A stretch of 64,000 bases of DNA from a virus (IMGVR_UViG_3300010397_000007:5042-69041); one strand, 5' to 3'. Counted from the stretch's first letter, positions 19,446 to 29,795 are shown. Notes: a model not told the origin generated them from the sequence alone. Numbers and translations are program-made.

Positions 19446-20218
19446 TTTTTGAACGCCCCCGCCACAACGACCCAGTTATCGTTTGAATCCCCAGTCCAAG
19501 AAATGCTTGTCGTATTTCCCGCTGCGCGTGAGGCCGCGTGGGTTCCGCAACCGTTATGTGTGCTGTAGTTAGTGACGTGAATCGATGTGTTACCACTGGT
19601 GCCAATTGAATCTCCATTACAAGACTCAGCGAAGACGAGATCATTCGCGCCTGAGGCACCAAGGGTTAAGGTCGTTGAAGTCCCAACGCCGTTATTCGAT
19701 CCTGTCACACTCAAGGCTGTCGTCTGGTTAACGTTGTACGCGGTGATCGCGGTTACGAGAACGGAAGAGAAAATTGATGGAAGTGCGCCCGCAAGGGTAA
19801 CGACGACCGTGTTCGATCCAGTCGCAGGTTGTGTTCCGTTCGGAAGCTGCCAGAGGTCGCAATAGTATTGCGGTGCTCCGACTGCTTTATGTACAGTCTG
19901 CGAGAGGGAAACGCTATTGTAAGTAACCGTGGAGACAAGGGGAGCAGTTAAGCCAGTCGTCGCTCCTACACATACATTCACCACCATCCCACGATTAGCA
20001 TTTGTCGTAGTAACGTGAGTGAAAGATGCAACGGTGTTTGTCGTACACTGAGGCCCTTGTCCTGAACCGTCGCATTCGAAGTGAGTAGCGGCATCGAAGG
20101 TGACAGTCGTTCCGCCCCCGGCGGATGCTATCTGTCGCCCCGCGAGCGTATTCGTGGGAACGTATTGCGCTGGCGCGGTGAGTGCGAAAGCTAAAAGAAA
20201 TGCGAATATCTTCCTCAT
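19442..20218 (-). CDS. beta-rich tail-associated protein with signal peptide
   Basis: MRKIFAFLLAFALTAPA-Q; Thr/Ser/Gly-rich beta-sandwich. Confidence 0.65.
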   Translation of the reverse strand: MRKIFAFLLAFALTAPAQYVPTNTLAGRQIASAGGGTTVTFDAATHFECDGSGQGPQCTTNTVASFTHVTTTNANRGMVVNVCVGATTGLTAPLVSTVTYNSVSLSQTVHKAVGAPQYYCDLWQLPNGTQPATGSNTVVVTLAGALPSIFSSVLVTAITAYNVNQTTALSVTGSNNGVGTSTTLTLGASGANDLVFAESCNGDSIGTSGNTSIHVTNYSTHNGCGTHAASRAAGNTTSISWTGDSNDNWVVVAGAFKN

Positions 20219-22806
20219 TAGTTCGCCTGTACAGTTAGGAGTCTGGGAACATCAAGAGTCGCGCCGTAGACACCGACGTTGGTTGCCGTGTCGCTCGTAC
20301 GGCTTAACTTGACCCAAAGGGTCGAACCTGCGATGCATCCTGTCTTGGTGAGTCCCGTTAACGTTGCGTTCCATGTACGATTAGCGTTACCGTTGAGCGT
20401 GATAGTCCCGAGCGATTGGGCCGTGTTGAAAGCTACGTCATCTGTAGTCGATCCGTCGCCCTTCGCGCAAACCGTCGCCGCTTGCATGATGATTGTGTGA
20501 CCGTTGGTAGCGTCGGTTGAGGTTAGGTCGATGGAGAGATCGAGGGATGCCCCGGAATCCCAATCGTTTGGAAGATGAATTTTGAAGTAGCCAACATCTG
20601 ACGCTCCCCAAGGGGAGAGCAAGGCGTCCTTGTTATTCGTCCCAGCACGGCAAAGAGCGGCTGGAGTGGAAGCGCTGCTTAGGCCCGAAGCGGCTGTTCC
20701 GTTGACGCAAGAAGCGAAAGGAATATAGAAGGTGGAGGGAAAGTCGATAAAGGTCGGAGCCCCTGCGCCGCCCGAACGCACCATTTGGCCAGCGGTGCCG
20801 GCGGAAAGGACTGCGAGTGCAGAGGCCGTTGAATAGACAATGCCACCGTTCGAGGCGGTGATATTTGCGTTGGTTCCACCTACACTTAAAGGTACAAGCG
20901 TCGTAACGGTTGTCCCGTTGATCTTGAATACGTTCCCAGTACCTTGAGAATCGTAGGTCTTATTCGTTAGCGTATCCGTTGAAGCGCGGTAGACAAAGGT
21001 GTCGGTAACGGCTTGGAGAGTATTCGTTCCTGATCCCGTCGCAGGGCCAGTAACCGAGGTCGTACCTGAAGTCGCGCCGCCGAAGGCTACAATGCCAGTC
21101 GCAGAGCCACCAAGTCCAACTGTTAGGGTCGGAGAGACCCAAGTTAAGTTGGCCGAGCCTGCGAGTGCGGTAGCCGAGTTAAATTGAACCTGCGTGTTCG
21201 ATCCGCCTGCCGCTGCGGAACCCGTAATCGCTTGGCAAGCCCATCCACTCACTGCCGTATGCGAAAGGGCGTGAGTAGAGTCGCCGCAGTCGCCAATAGC
21301 ACGATAGGTGGCAGTGTTTGAAGCAGTGATCTCGGGGATCGTCGTCGTTGAGGGGCTGGCGGCGTAAGACACGCCATTGACCTTTACGACAGTGACAGCA
21401 TTTGAGGTTGAGGTTGTCGCATCGCCAGAGAGTTCAGCGATTGAATAAACGCCGGAAGAGTTTGTACGCCATATCCCCGCAGCGATGACGCTGGGATATG
21501 TTAAAGCATACGTTGTAACGGAAGCCGGCGCGAGGAGATTGACGGCGTTGGCAACGTTGGAAGGAGCCGTTCCCTGAATCAAGGAAAGCATTCCAGCGTT
21601 TCCGCTGGCGTTTGTGGCAGAATAGGAAGCTGCGGTTACGTTGCCCGCTACGTCAACTGTGAAAAGATCGGTAGATGCTGCTGCATTGCGGAAGCGGAGA
21701 AAGTTCCCCGTAGGCGTCGTATCCGTCGCACGCTTCATAGTGAAAGCGTCAGCGGCGTTAGCGCCTTGAATCTGGGTAAAGCCAGAGGCGGCAGCGTAGA
21801 CGAGGTTCGCGGAATCGGTGAGAGCATTCGCGCCCGAGGAGAAGGGGACGCGAGTGGAAGTTAAGGAACCTGTGAGAATGTTCGTCAAGGCTCCGAATGT
21901 ATGGGCTGACGTATCGTAGGTAACTGCTGCTGCGCCGCCTGTAGCATTGGTAAGGGCCGCGCAATTAGGATCGGCGGCGGCGAGTCCATGAAGGACAGTG
22001 TCCGCTCCGCAGACGAGAGGAGTGAAAGCGGAAGCGCCCTCTGCGAGAAGGACTCCGTGGGCTGTGGGGCTGGCGACGCCGGAGCCGCCCTGAGCCGCCG
22101 TGACTGCCGCGTTGTCTGTAAGAACATTGGCGGAAGCGTTAGGAAATGTGAAGGTCTTAACAGTTGAAGCAGGGCCAGCGACGGTGAAGAAGCCTGAGGC
22201 CGTGCCGCCATTGGCGCTATTAAGGATCCCTGTAACCTTTGCAGTAAGATCGATTGTGTTATTAGCGATGTCGCCGTTTACAACTTGGCCGAAAGCTGGA
22301 TTGCCAGCGCCGTTACCGTGTAAAAGCGTGGTCGTGGTGCCATTGTTGGCAAAGAGTGCTCCAGCGAGAGTGAAGGTGCCAGAGGTGATCTTCGCTGCGG
22401 AAAGGTTGGGAATGTCGCCAGCCGCCAAGGCACGAAGACTGACGGTTCCAGTCGTCCCATCCGGTGTCGCGATTACCTGATTCCCAGTTAGCCCGCTAGT
22501 TAGGCCAAGCGCCAGGGTTCCAGCGCTGGTTACGGGGGATCCTGTAATCGTGTACCAAGTGCTTCCTGTCGCGCTTAATCCAACGCTCGTAACCGTTCCG
22601 CTAACGGAACCAAAAGCCACCCAACTACCGGCGATACACTTGTACCAATCTTTTGTCGTGGTCGACTTGAAGAAGAAACTGCCGTCAGGAGCGCACGAGC
22701 CGGGAATTGCCGAGCCGGAACGCACCTGGATATTGAGTACGCTGTTGTACTGCGCTGACGCAATTCCCGTTAAGACTAAGATTAAGAAAAGTATTTTTTT
22801 CGTCAT
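20218..22806 (-). CDS. tail fibre-like protein with signal peptide
   Basis: GTVTSVGLS, ANGGT, AQGGSG, GGSNTQVQFN and TDTLTNKT fibre repeats. Confidence 0.75.
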   Translation of the reverse strand: MTKKILFLILVLTGIASAQYNSVLNIQVRSGSAIPGSCAPDGSFFFKSTTTKDWYKCIAGSWVAFGSVSGTVTSVGLSATGSTWYTITGSPVTSAGTLALGLTSGLTGNQVIATPDGTTGTVSLRALAAGDIPNLSAAKITSGTFTLAGALFANNGTTTTLLHGNGAGNPAFGQVVNGDIANNTIDLTAKVTGILNSANGGTASGFFTVAGPASTVKTFTFPNASANVLTDNAAVTAAQGGSGVASPTAHGVLLAEGASAFTPLVCGADTVLHGLAAADPNCAALTNATGGAAAVTYDTSAHTFGALTNILTGSLTSTRVPFSSGANALTDSANLVYAAASGFTQIQGANAADAFTMKRATDTTPTGNFLRFRNAAASTDLFTVDVAGNVTAASYSATNASGNAGMLSLIQGTAPSNVANAVNLLAPASVTTYALTYPSVIAAGIWRTNSSGVYSIAELSGDATTSTSNAVTVVKVNGVSYAASPSTTTIPEITASNTATYRAIGDCGDSTHALSHTAVSGWACQAITGSAAAGGSNTQVQFNSATALAGSANLTWVSPTLTVGLGGSATGIVAFGGATSGTTSVTGPATGSGTNTLQAVTDTFVYRASTDTLTNKTYDSQGTGNVFKINGTTVTTLVPLSVGGTNANITASNGGIVYSTASALAVLSAGTAGQMVRSGGAGAPTFIDFPSTFYIPFASCVNGTAASGLSSASTPAALCRAGTNNKDALLSPWGASDVGYFKIHLPNDWDSGASLDLSIDLTSTDATNGHTIIMQAATVCAKGDGSTTDDVAFNTAQSLGTITLNGNANRTWNATLTGLTKTGCIAGSTLWVKLSRTSDTATNVGVYGATLDVPRLLTVQAN

Positions 22807-22816
22807 GTATTAGTCC

Positions 22817-23197
22817 TTAGAGAACCGCTGAAATTGTTACCGATGCGCCTCCAGAGACGGCATCAATAGAGGCGGAAACGTAACGGTAGCCCGCTAAAAG
22901 AGGAAGCGAATAGGCACCATTCGATTGATCCCAGGTGCCAATGGAGTACCATTTATTTAGATCGTTGGACGCAAGGAAATTGCCTGAAGCCGTTCCTGCT
23001 GAGACGTCAACCTGAAAATAGGCGCTAGGGCTATCTTGTCCGATATGGCTCGGAACGCGAGCATAGGCGATGGAGTTTGCTGGCAAAGCATTCGCCGCAA
23101 AGGCATAACCAGTCGTCGAAGTAACGGCAGACGCAATGGTGTTCAAGCCGCCGCGATCTGCGGAACGGATATTCGGATTTGGGGCAAACGCGGCCAT
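22817..23197 (-). CDS. putative virion structural protein
   Basis: AGGAG RBS; small beta-rich protein ahead of the fibre genes. Confidence 0.6.
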   Translation of the reverse strand: MAAFAPNPNIRSADRGGLNTIASAVTSTTGYAFAANALPANSIAYARVPSHIGQDSPSAYFQVDVSAGTASGNFLASNDLNKWYSIGTWDQSNGAYSLPLLAGYRYVSASIDAVSGGASVTISAVL

Positions 23198-23232
23198 GTT
23201 TATCTCCTAGTTATTACCTAATTATATACGCC

Positions 23233-23448
23233 CTAATGCTTGTGACCTCCGAGGTAGGCCAGCAATCCGGCCCATGCGATTCCAAGCAGAGCCAACCCTC
23301 CCCGCCAAAATGTAATTTGCTCCGTATGCCTCTTCTGGGTTTCCTTAATCGGCTTGATTTCGTCATTTAGCAGGCGCGTAACTTCGTCATGATAGGCCTT
23401 CAAATTCTCCTCAATCCGCGCTACTCTCGTGCTTACTGTTTCACCCAT
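23233..23448 (-). CDS. coiled-coil plus C-terminal TM protein (XhlA/holin-like)
   Basis: RVARIEE coiled coil followed by GGLALLGIAWAGLLAYL. Confidence 0.6.
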   Translation of the reverse strand: MGETVSTRVARIEENLKAYHDEVTRLLNDEIKPIKETQKRHTEQITFWRGGLALLGIAWAGLLAYLGGHKH

Positions 23449-24313
23449 TTGCTACCCCTTTAGAGCCGAAGATGAAGCGGGAATGTGGGTAGCGAGCGTT
23501 GTAGTAGCCGTCGAAACCTGAATCACGAACTTCATTTTCAGCGGTATTTAGAGCAATTCCGTGTGCCGTTTGCTTGTCCTTGCCTTGAGCCAGCGCCTCG
23601 GTAAAAGCTGTGACATAGGAGCCCTTGAATTCGTCGGAGTCCGTTGTCGCAAAGGAATAGTTACCGGAGACACGATGGGCGAATTTTTTCCCAGCCATCT
23701 CCGCATCAGGGAGGGAACCGTCTTTGTAGACATGAAATCCTGCGGGGGCTTGGGGGTCGAGCCTAAGGCGTTGGGCCTCGGAGCCGACGCCGGAAGCTCC
23801 GCGACGTGAGCCGTCGATTACGTCAAGCTTCGCGTCGGAGTAATGGGTACCTTGAAACGGGGCGCGAAGGGGGGTAGCGTTGCGAACAGACTCGAAGCGC
23901 TCGTCAAAGGTTGAAGGGACAAAGTCGGGGCGTTGCTCGTCGCCAACGATGGAATGCTCAGCGCGACCGAGATGATAGATGGTCTTTTCACCCAAGCTGG
24001 CTGCGTGTTCGGTTGCGGCTTTCTTAGACGGCGTTACGGCGACAACGTTGAGATGGTGCAGGCCAGTCTGGGGATCGAAGTGTGTCCCCACGGCTGCATT
24101 GCTATGCCGATTAAAGATGTCTTGATGCTGCGCGACGAAGGCGTCGTAATCTTCAGGAGAGGGAGCTTGATGGGAGATGTACTCGCTCTCAGGCATAGCG
24201 GAGGTAGCCCATTCATTGCGGCCATTCATGGACTCGCCGGTACGAGGGTCAGTAGTCGAGCCGCCTGATCGGTGATGCTCTGCGAGGGGATGTTCTTTAG
24301 TCTCCACCTGCAC
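23441..24313 (-). CDS. hypothetical protein (possibly an ejected enzyme)
   Basis: Directly follows the ejection-protein cluster; GTHYS...GFHVY...GFDGY motifs. Confidence 0.6.
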   Translation of the reverse strand: MQVETKEHPLAEHHRSGGSTTDPRTGESMNGRNEWATSAMPESEYISHQAPSPEDYDAFVAQHQDIFNRHSNAAVGTHFDPQTGLHHLNVVAVTPSKKAATEHAASLGEKTIYHLGRAEHSIVGDEQRPDFVPSTFDERFESVRNATPLRAPFQGTHYSDAKLDVIDGSRRGASGVGSEAQRLRLDPQAPAGFHVYKDGSLPDAEMAGKKFAHRVSGNYSFATTDSDEFKGSYVTAFTEALAQGKDKQTAHGIALNTAENEVRDSGFDGYYNARYPHSRFIFGSKGVANG

Positions 24314-26618
24314 CTCCCCGAGCCTGCTTCGCTAATTTGGCAGCTTTCTGTAACTGTTCGCCAAGCGGTAGGTTAGGATTTTCCGTCTTCACTTTCTGTA
24401 ACATTGCATTGTCAAGTTCCGCGCCTTGCTTCGTCATCGTATGGTTCTCGACACGAGGTTTATTGCGAGTCTTGAAGTTCTCTGCTTGTTCGGCGCTTGA
24501 TGTCTTCGCTTTCGGAGTTTTAATTCCCTGCGCTGCAAGTTGGCGATCCTGGGCATCCCGTAGCTTTTCAAGCGTTTTCATCTTCTCGCCTGTGGTTGCT
24601 GCGTTTTCATACTTGTGTTGCAGATTCCTAACCTCGGCATCCAACGCAACGCTATTGTTATTTCCCGGCGCTCGACGAGTCGCGAGGTCAACGTCACTCT
24701 CAGGCGTCAATGCGCGTTGCACAATATCAGGCGTAACGGGCGTTTGGAATAAGTCACCTTGAGGAGGAAATTTTCCAGCCGGAAAATCCCCTGGGCTCTC
24801 ATTTGGGAATAGCAAATCCTGCGGAGGCCCAGCGGGCTTAATCTGCCCTGGCGCTACGAAAGCGGGAGGCTGTTGGAGAGACGGGCGATATGGGAGTTCG
24901 GATTGCGGTGTGCTAGGTTGGCCAATGGGCTCCATCTCCGACCCCATTTGGATCGGTCGTGACATGCCTGCACGTTCAGGCAGAAGTAATCCTTTGCGTT
25001 CTGCTCGGGTAACATTTTCGGCTTCCCCAGGGATGGGCGGTCTTCCCGTTTGAGAAGGTTCCCCGATGGGTTCCATTTCGGAACCGAGTTCGATCGGAGC
25101 AGATGGCAATAGACCTCTAATCTGTGGCGGAATGTAGTTCTGAGAAGACGGAACGCCCTTTACGTTTCCTGCGTTCAACACTCGGGCTATCCCGGTGCGA
25201 ACAGGTGCATTCCCGAGGACACGTTGAGCAACCTTTCCAGTGATCCCTGTATGCCCGCCAAATAAATCCTCACCCTTCGCGGCATTGACCTTCCGCGTGA
25301 TTCCAGCTTTCGCATCGATCAAATCAGACATGCGCTGATTGAGGTCGGCGGCTTCTGGAACCTTCTCGTTAACGGCATTCTTCAACCGATTCGCCGTGTC
25401 TCCCATCGCACGAGCGATGCTTGCCTCGATCGGTTGCGTGTTCTTGTAAGCACCGAGGTCGGAAGCAGCTTTTTGAATATCTGTCTTGAGATTATTGATC
25501 TCATAGGGAGTTCCTTGGGTCTTGCCATACTTGGTCTTTAACGCAGTACGGAGTTCTTCTAAGCGTGAAGTACTCCCTGCGATCTTTTGCGTTTCTCCTA
25601 TCGCTTTATCAATTGCGCTATCAATAATCGGTTCCGCATCGATAAGCTGCCGAGAATTTGGATGATTCTGGAGAATGTTGTCAGCGGAGGACTTTAGTTC
25701 ACCGAGCCTCGCGTCGATTTTTCCTGGCTTATTAGGTGCTCCTGCTAAGCCTTTCTTTGTCCCTACCAATCCTTCATCTACGATCCCTCGCGCTGGGTCT
25801 GTGCCTGTACGAACGTCCGCAGCAGTCTCACCAACATTTTCAAATGTCATTGGAGAAACAATCTTCTGGGCGAGCGCGTTGCGAGCAGGGGCCGTAGCAT
25901 CAGCTACGACTTTGGGAATATTCATTCCGATGTCTGTTAGCTTCCCGGCAATAACCGTTCCTGCTCCCTGCCCTATAGCTTCAGGAGCTACTTCAAGAGC
26001 AGACTCAGGAGTTACTTTAGGGACTGAATCGATGTTTCCAAATGCACCAGAATTTTTGTCACGATAAGCTGCTTCAGCTACATCCATGGCGTCAACGCCG
26101 GAGAGCCGACGAAGGCCTTTGCGGAATGAGTTGCCGCCGTAAACACTGGGGGATTTCTGCATCTCCTCCGGCGTCGCCTTATCCTTAAAGGCGTGATAAA
26201 TTGCGGATGGCATTCCGCCAATCATTTCGCCTGTCGATACAGCTCCACGTCCCAACGTTTTGTAGACCTCAGGATCAACGATTGGATTCGTCGCGAGATC
26301 GAGAGCGCGTTTGCCGGTGAAATTGGCAGGATTTTTGGCGAGCGTTTGATCGATGGCTTCCTTTACAGTCGTCGGCCCCGTGTCCTCCTCCATCTGCATC
26401 TTCTGATAAGGAGCCTTCGGCATGGGGGGAGCACCGTTGCCTGCGGAGATGCCAAAGGACGTAGGCTTCCCCGTTACATGAGAAAGATAAGCTGCTTGAT
26501 CTTCCCTGCTCGCCTTAGCGAAGTCGGGATCGAATGAAGACACATATTGCGATTGTTCATCAGGGGATGCACTGAGGAACGATTGATCCTTTAGGAGTTG
26601 CTTAGGGTCAATGGGCAT
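24297..26618 (-). CDS. internal virion/DNA ejection protein (start revised to MPIDPKQ)
   Basis: Ala/Gly/Pro-rich helical protein. ATG 26618 follows a GGAGG-like RBS and overlaps the upstream stop. Confidence 0.65.
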   Translation of the reverse strand: MPIDPKQLLKDQSFLSASPDEQSQYVSSFDPDFAKASREDQAAYLSHVTGKPTSFGISAGNGAPPMPKAPYQKMQMEEDTGPTTVKEAIDQTLAKNPANFTGKRALDLATNPIVDPEVYKTLGRGAVSTGEMIGGMPSAIYHAFKDKATPEEMQKSPSVYGGNSFRKGLRRLSGVDAMDVAEAAYRDKNSGAFGNIDSVPKVTPESALEVAPEAIGQGAGTVIAGKLTDIGMNIPKVVADATAPARNALAQKIVSPMTFENVGETAADVRTGTDPARGIVDEGLVGTKKGLAGAPNKPGKIDARLGELKSSADNILQNHPNSRQLIDAEPIIDSAIDKAIGETQKIAGSTSRLEELRTALKTKYGKTQGTPYEINNLKTDIQKAASDLGAYKNTQPIEASIARAMGDTANRLKNAVNEKVPEAADLNQRMSDLIDAKAGITRKVNAAKGEDLFGGHTGITGKVAQRVLGNAPVRTGIARVLNAGNVKGVPSSQNYIPPQIRGLLPSAPIELGSEMEPIGEPSQTGRPPIPGEAENVTRAERKGLLLPERAGMSRPIQMGSEMEPIGQPSTPQSELPYRPSLQQPPAFVAPGQIKPAGPPQDLLFPNESPGDFPAGKFPPQGDLFQTPVTPDIVQRALTPESDVDLATRRAPGNNNSVALDAEVRNLQHKYENAATTGEKMKTLEKLRDAQDRQLAAQGIKTPKAKTSSAEQAENFKTRNKPRVENHTMTKQGAELDNAMLQKVKTENPNLPLGEQLQKAAKLAKQARGGAGGD

Positions 26619-28047
26619 TTCCGCCTCCGTGCTGTTTCTTCCAGTCGGAGAAGGAGGGGATAGAGCCGCCACCATGCGGGGCAGTCTGTTTCGCATGGAA
26701 CGCAGCGTAACCGGCGATCCAATCGTTCGCGTGGTCAAGGCGTTCTAGCAAGTTCTCGGGAGATTGCGCTTGGCCGAATTGGCTCATCATTTCATTGACA
26801 AAGCCTTCGGGGATTTTTGCTCCGAAGTGAGCTTTGCCGAGGGCGGTTGCGTAGAGTGAGAGGTCGGTGTCGAGAGCTGCGTAGTCGGGATCTTCTGTTC
26901 CGCCTTTATTGACCCAATAATCATTCCAACGTCCTGCAACAGGGCCGATCTTCTGCGCGAGTGCAGTGACTTCATTCTTAATCTTCGGCACCATGGGCTC
27001 GATCGTCTGAGCCATTTGTTGTTGTGTACGCATGGAGGAAGTTGGGATGAAGGCAGATTGCATTTTGTAAGGGACGGGTTGACCGTTGTTGTCAGCAAAG
27101 GTAGTGGGGGCCGCGCCACGATTTTGTGCGTCTTCGAGAAATTCTCCAGTCAGGCCATTCATGCCTGTATTCATCATGGAGTTGTAGCCAGCGAGGGAGG
27201 TTCGCGCCTCAGATAGCTGTAAGCGGCGCTGAGCCATTGCGAGGTAGCCTTCGGCCTGCGTTCGCTTAATCTCTAATGCCTCAATTGCCCTTTTTTGAGT
27301 TTCAGACTGTGGACTCGTCAGCGCGTCATACTTCGCTTTGGCAAGTTGCGCTTGGGCGTTCTTGTAATTCATTGCCGCGCTGGCAATATCACGATTACGG
27401 GAGAGGATAGGATCAGCAAGGATTTCATCCTCATTCATGGGACGAGGAGCCCCATTTTCATCGGTCGTATAACCTTTCATTCGCCAAGCAGCTTGAGCAT
27501 TTTGGCGTTGGATATCATTCTTTTCGGAAGTGTTCGCAAGCTGCCCCTGATGGTAAGCGTTCGTCACGCCAAGGGTCGCTCGCTTTAATTCATTCGTCGC
27601 TTCGAGTTCGCGCTGCTTCTCGGGCAACTGCATTGCATAGCTTTTTTGCTCAGGAGTACCAAAGGGAGCGGCGGCTTCTGCGAGAGATCCTTGGAGGCCG
27701 GTTAGATATTTTCCAAGGTTTGCTCTCTTCTCATCACCTGTCGTCGGGCCTTTGTAGAGTTGTCCTGGCTCAGGAGTGTCCGCGCTTTGTCCTGCGGCGC
27801 GGGAGAAGAGTTTGAGGATTGGATTTGACGGCCCTTGAGGGGCGAGAGACGGAGTCTGCGAAGGCGCAGTTGCATCTTTAATTGCGCTCGCGACGATGCT
27901 AGGGACACCGTTTTGAGTAGGGTCGGTAGGGATTGGGGGAACGACTGGCGGCGCTCCTGGGTCAGGAACGCTCGTCGTAGATGGCATCATTACGGGGCCA
28001 TCAATAGGAACCTCAACGCCATTGGGTTGCTTCTTTGTCGTCGCCAT
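26608..28047 (-). CDS. internal virion/DNA ejection protein
   Basis: Gln/Ala-rich helical protein at the podovirus ejectosome position. Confidence 0.65.
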   Translation of the reverse strand: MATTKKQPNGVEVPIDGPVMMPSTTSVPDPGAPPVVPPIPTDPTQNGVPSIVASAIKDATAPSQTPSLAPQGPSNPILKLFSRAAGQSADTPEPGQLYKGPTTGDEKRANLGKYLTGLQGSLAEAAAPFGTPEQKSYAMQLPEKQRELEATNELKRATLGVTNAYHQGQLANTSEKNDIQRQNAQAAWRMKGYTTDENGAPRPMNEDEILADPILSRNRDIASAAMNYKNAQAQLAKAKYDALTSPQSETQKRAIEALEIKRTQAEGYLAMAQRRLQLSEARTSLAGYNSMMNTGMNGLTGEFLEDAQNRGAAPTTFADNNGQPVPYKMQSAFIPTSSMRTQQQMAQTIEPMVPKIKNEVTALAQKIGPVAGRWNDYWVNKGGTEDPDYAALDTDLSLYATALGKAHFGAKIPEGFVNEMMSQFGQAQSPENLLERLDHANDWIAGYAAFHAKQTAPHGGGSIPSFSDWKKQHGGGNAH

Positions 28048-28691
28048 TAGAGTGATTTAATACCGTTCCTAGCGCTACTAATTGCGCCGGGGAGCCCCAA
28101 GAAAGACTTACCAAGTCCAACGACTCCACCAATTCCATTAACAACGTCACTAAAGCCCGAGCCCATTTTTCCGCGCTCGACACCAAGTTGGCCCTCTTGG
28201 CCTGTTGCGTTTGACGCCTCTTGCAATGGCTTATTCGGGTCGAGTAATTGCGATCCTGTAATTCCAGCCTGAAGGGTACGATTCTGCGCGTCAGCATAAG
28301 CATCACGCTCAGCTTCGCCAGCGTTACGCCCAGCGGTGTTATAGATGGATGCGACGTTGCCGGAAGGAGCGGAGCCAAAGCCACGCGCTGTAGCGGCTTT
28401 CATGCCCGTCGAGGCAATGTCACCGTAGGTCTTGGCAATGTCGGATTTCTGCTTGTCTAACTGCGCTTTAACGTAAGGAGAGAGTCCTCCACCAGCGTCG
28501 GGGATTAAGCTTTTATTGAATGGTTGGGTATCGTTACGATTCTCTGTAGCCCACTGGGTTGCGGTGTCGGCGAGTTTGCCTGACTTCTTGGCAGCATCTT
28601 CTACAGTCTCTCGTCCCTTTTTCCCGCCTGAGACGGTTCGCCCTTCACGCAGATAACGTTCAATTTTCTCGCGGTGAGTTTCAACTCTCAT
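28047..28691 (-). CDS. pilot/ejection protein
   Basis: AATARGFGS motif and Gly-rich C-terminal hydrophobic helix; true start possibly at VSGGKKG. Confidence 0.6.
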   Translation of the reverse strand: MRVETHREKIERYLREGRTVSGGKKGRETVEDAAKKSGKLADTATQWATENRNDTQPFNKSLIPDAGGGLSPYVKAQLDKQKSDIAKTYGDIASTGMKAATARGFGSAPSGNVASIYNTAGRNAGEAERDAYADAQNRTLQAGITGSQLLDPNKPLQEASNATGQEGQLGVERGKMGSGFSDVVNGIGGVVGLGKSFLGLPGAISSARNGIKSL

Positions 28692-28766
28692 GTAGGCTTA
28701 TCCTTTTCAGGAGGCGGAGGAGTAGCCTACGGAGTCCTGTACGTTCTAATTTTAACAGACGCTAAA

Positions 28767-28793
28767 GGTGCTCCGCACCAACCCCTCACAGAA
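28767..28793 (+). repeat. Hairpin-CTCACA element copy 5
   Basis: GGTGC-TCC-GCACC aaccc CTCACA GAA. Confidence 0.9.
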
Positions 28794-28916
28794 AGAAGGG
28801 AGGCTTTAGTCAATGGCACTCTAGGGCTATTTACCATAAATTTGGTCTCCTATACCCTTTCAAGGCATTCTCCCCCTTTGTCTCAAAATTCCTAACGCAT
28901 CCTTTGGAGTCGCTAG

Positions 28917-29000
28917 ATGATCGTGCAAAAAGTCATGTTCCTTGTGTTTATCCTCGGCTTGATATTTTTAGTTCTAAGAAAGGCCCGGAAAGCTAGATGA
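28917..29000 (+). CDS. 27-aa single-TM peptide
   Basis: MIVQKVMFLVFILGLIFLVLRKARKAR*; GGAG RBS; ATGA-coupled to the methyltransferase. Confidence 0.5.
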   Translation: MIVQKVMFLVFILGLIFLVLRKARKAR

Positions 29001-29575
29001 TTCACCTACTGAAGCGCATCCTAATCCGTATATCGGAAATACCAACTCGCGGATTGCCGAATTTCCGCGCCCCCAAAGTAGGAGATGGCTGCGATGGCAC
29101 ACTTATCCTGACCAATCCTTCCAGTCCTAACTTCAAGTACGGAGTGAAATACGCAGGCTGTGAACCAATCCTAGTGAACTACTCGCTTGAAGTTCTGGGC
29201 ATTGACCATTCGCAATGGTCATTTATCGACATCGGCTGCGGCAAGGGGCGGGTCTTGCTTCGTGCTGAGAGATATCCATTCAAAGCAATCATCGGGGTGG
29301 AATATTCGGAACAACTAGCTGCCGTGGCAAAGTCTCTGGTGAAGCGGTCACTCGTGATTGTGTCGGATGCAATGGACTTCACTTTTCCCGAAGGCCCTAA
29401 AGTTATCTTCATGTATCACCCCTTCGAGAAAAAACTGTTCGATCAATTCATTTCCAAGCTGCGGGGCGAAATCATTCTCATTTATATCGGCATCGGGCGG
29501 AACTGGGCCGGGGAATATGAAAGGTTTAAGGAATTTTGCCGAACAAAGGATGTAGTGATCTATCACATGCAATAA
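28997..29575 (+). CDS. class I SAM-dependent methyltransferase (moron, antisense to late operon)
   Basis: FIDIGCGKGRVL, IIGVEYS, DAMDF, FMYHPF. Confidence 0.85.
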   Translation: MIHLLKRILIRISEIPTRGLPNFRAPKVGDGCDGTLILTNPSSPNFKYGVKYAGCEPILVNYSLEVLGIDHSQWSFIDIGCGKGRVLLRAERYPFKAIIGVEYSEQLAAVAKSLVKRSLVIVSDAMDFTFPEGPKVIFMYHPFEKKLFDQFISKLRGEIILIYIGIGRNWAGEYERFKEFCRTKDVVIYHMQ

Positions 29576-29588
29576 GAAAGAGCACAAT

Positions 29589-29795
29589 ATGATGAAAGCA
29601 AGAGTTAGATTTGCGCTATTCGGCTTTGACTTTCCCTCGTTAGAACAATTCGACTTTATCAAAAGTTTCTGTGAGACAAAAAAGTGGGACTGGCAACTCC
29701 TAAGTACATACCAAGCGTTGACCGTAAGATCAGCTTGGAAGAAATCACAAAAGAGTAAGCCCGATCCTAAGCAACAGGGGACGCTCTCTCTGTGA
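29589..29795 (+). CDS. hypothetical protein
   Basis: 68-aa ORF downstream of the methyltransferase. Confidence 0.45.
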   Translation: MMKARVRFALFGFDFPSLEQFDFIKSFCETKKWDWQLLSTYQALTVRSAWKKSQKSKPDPKQQGTLSL

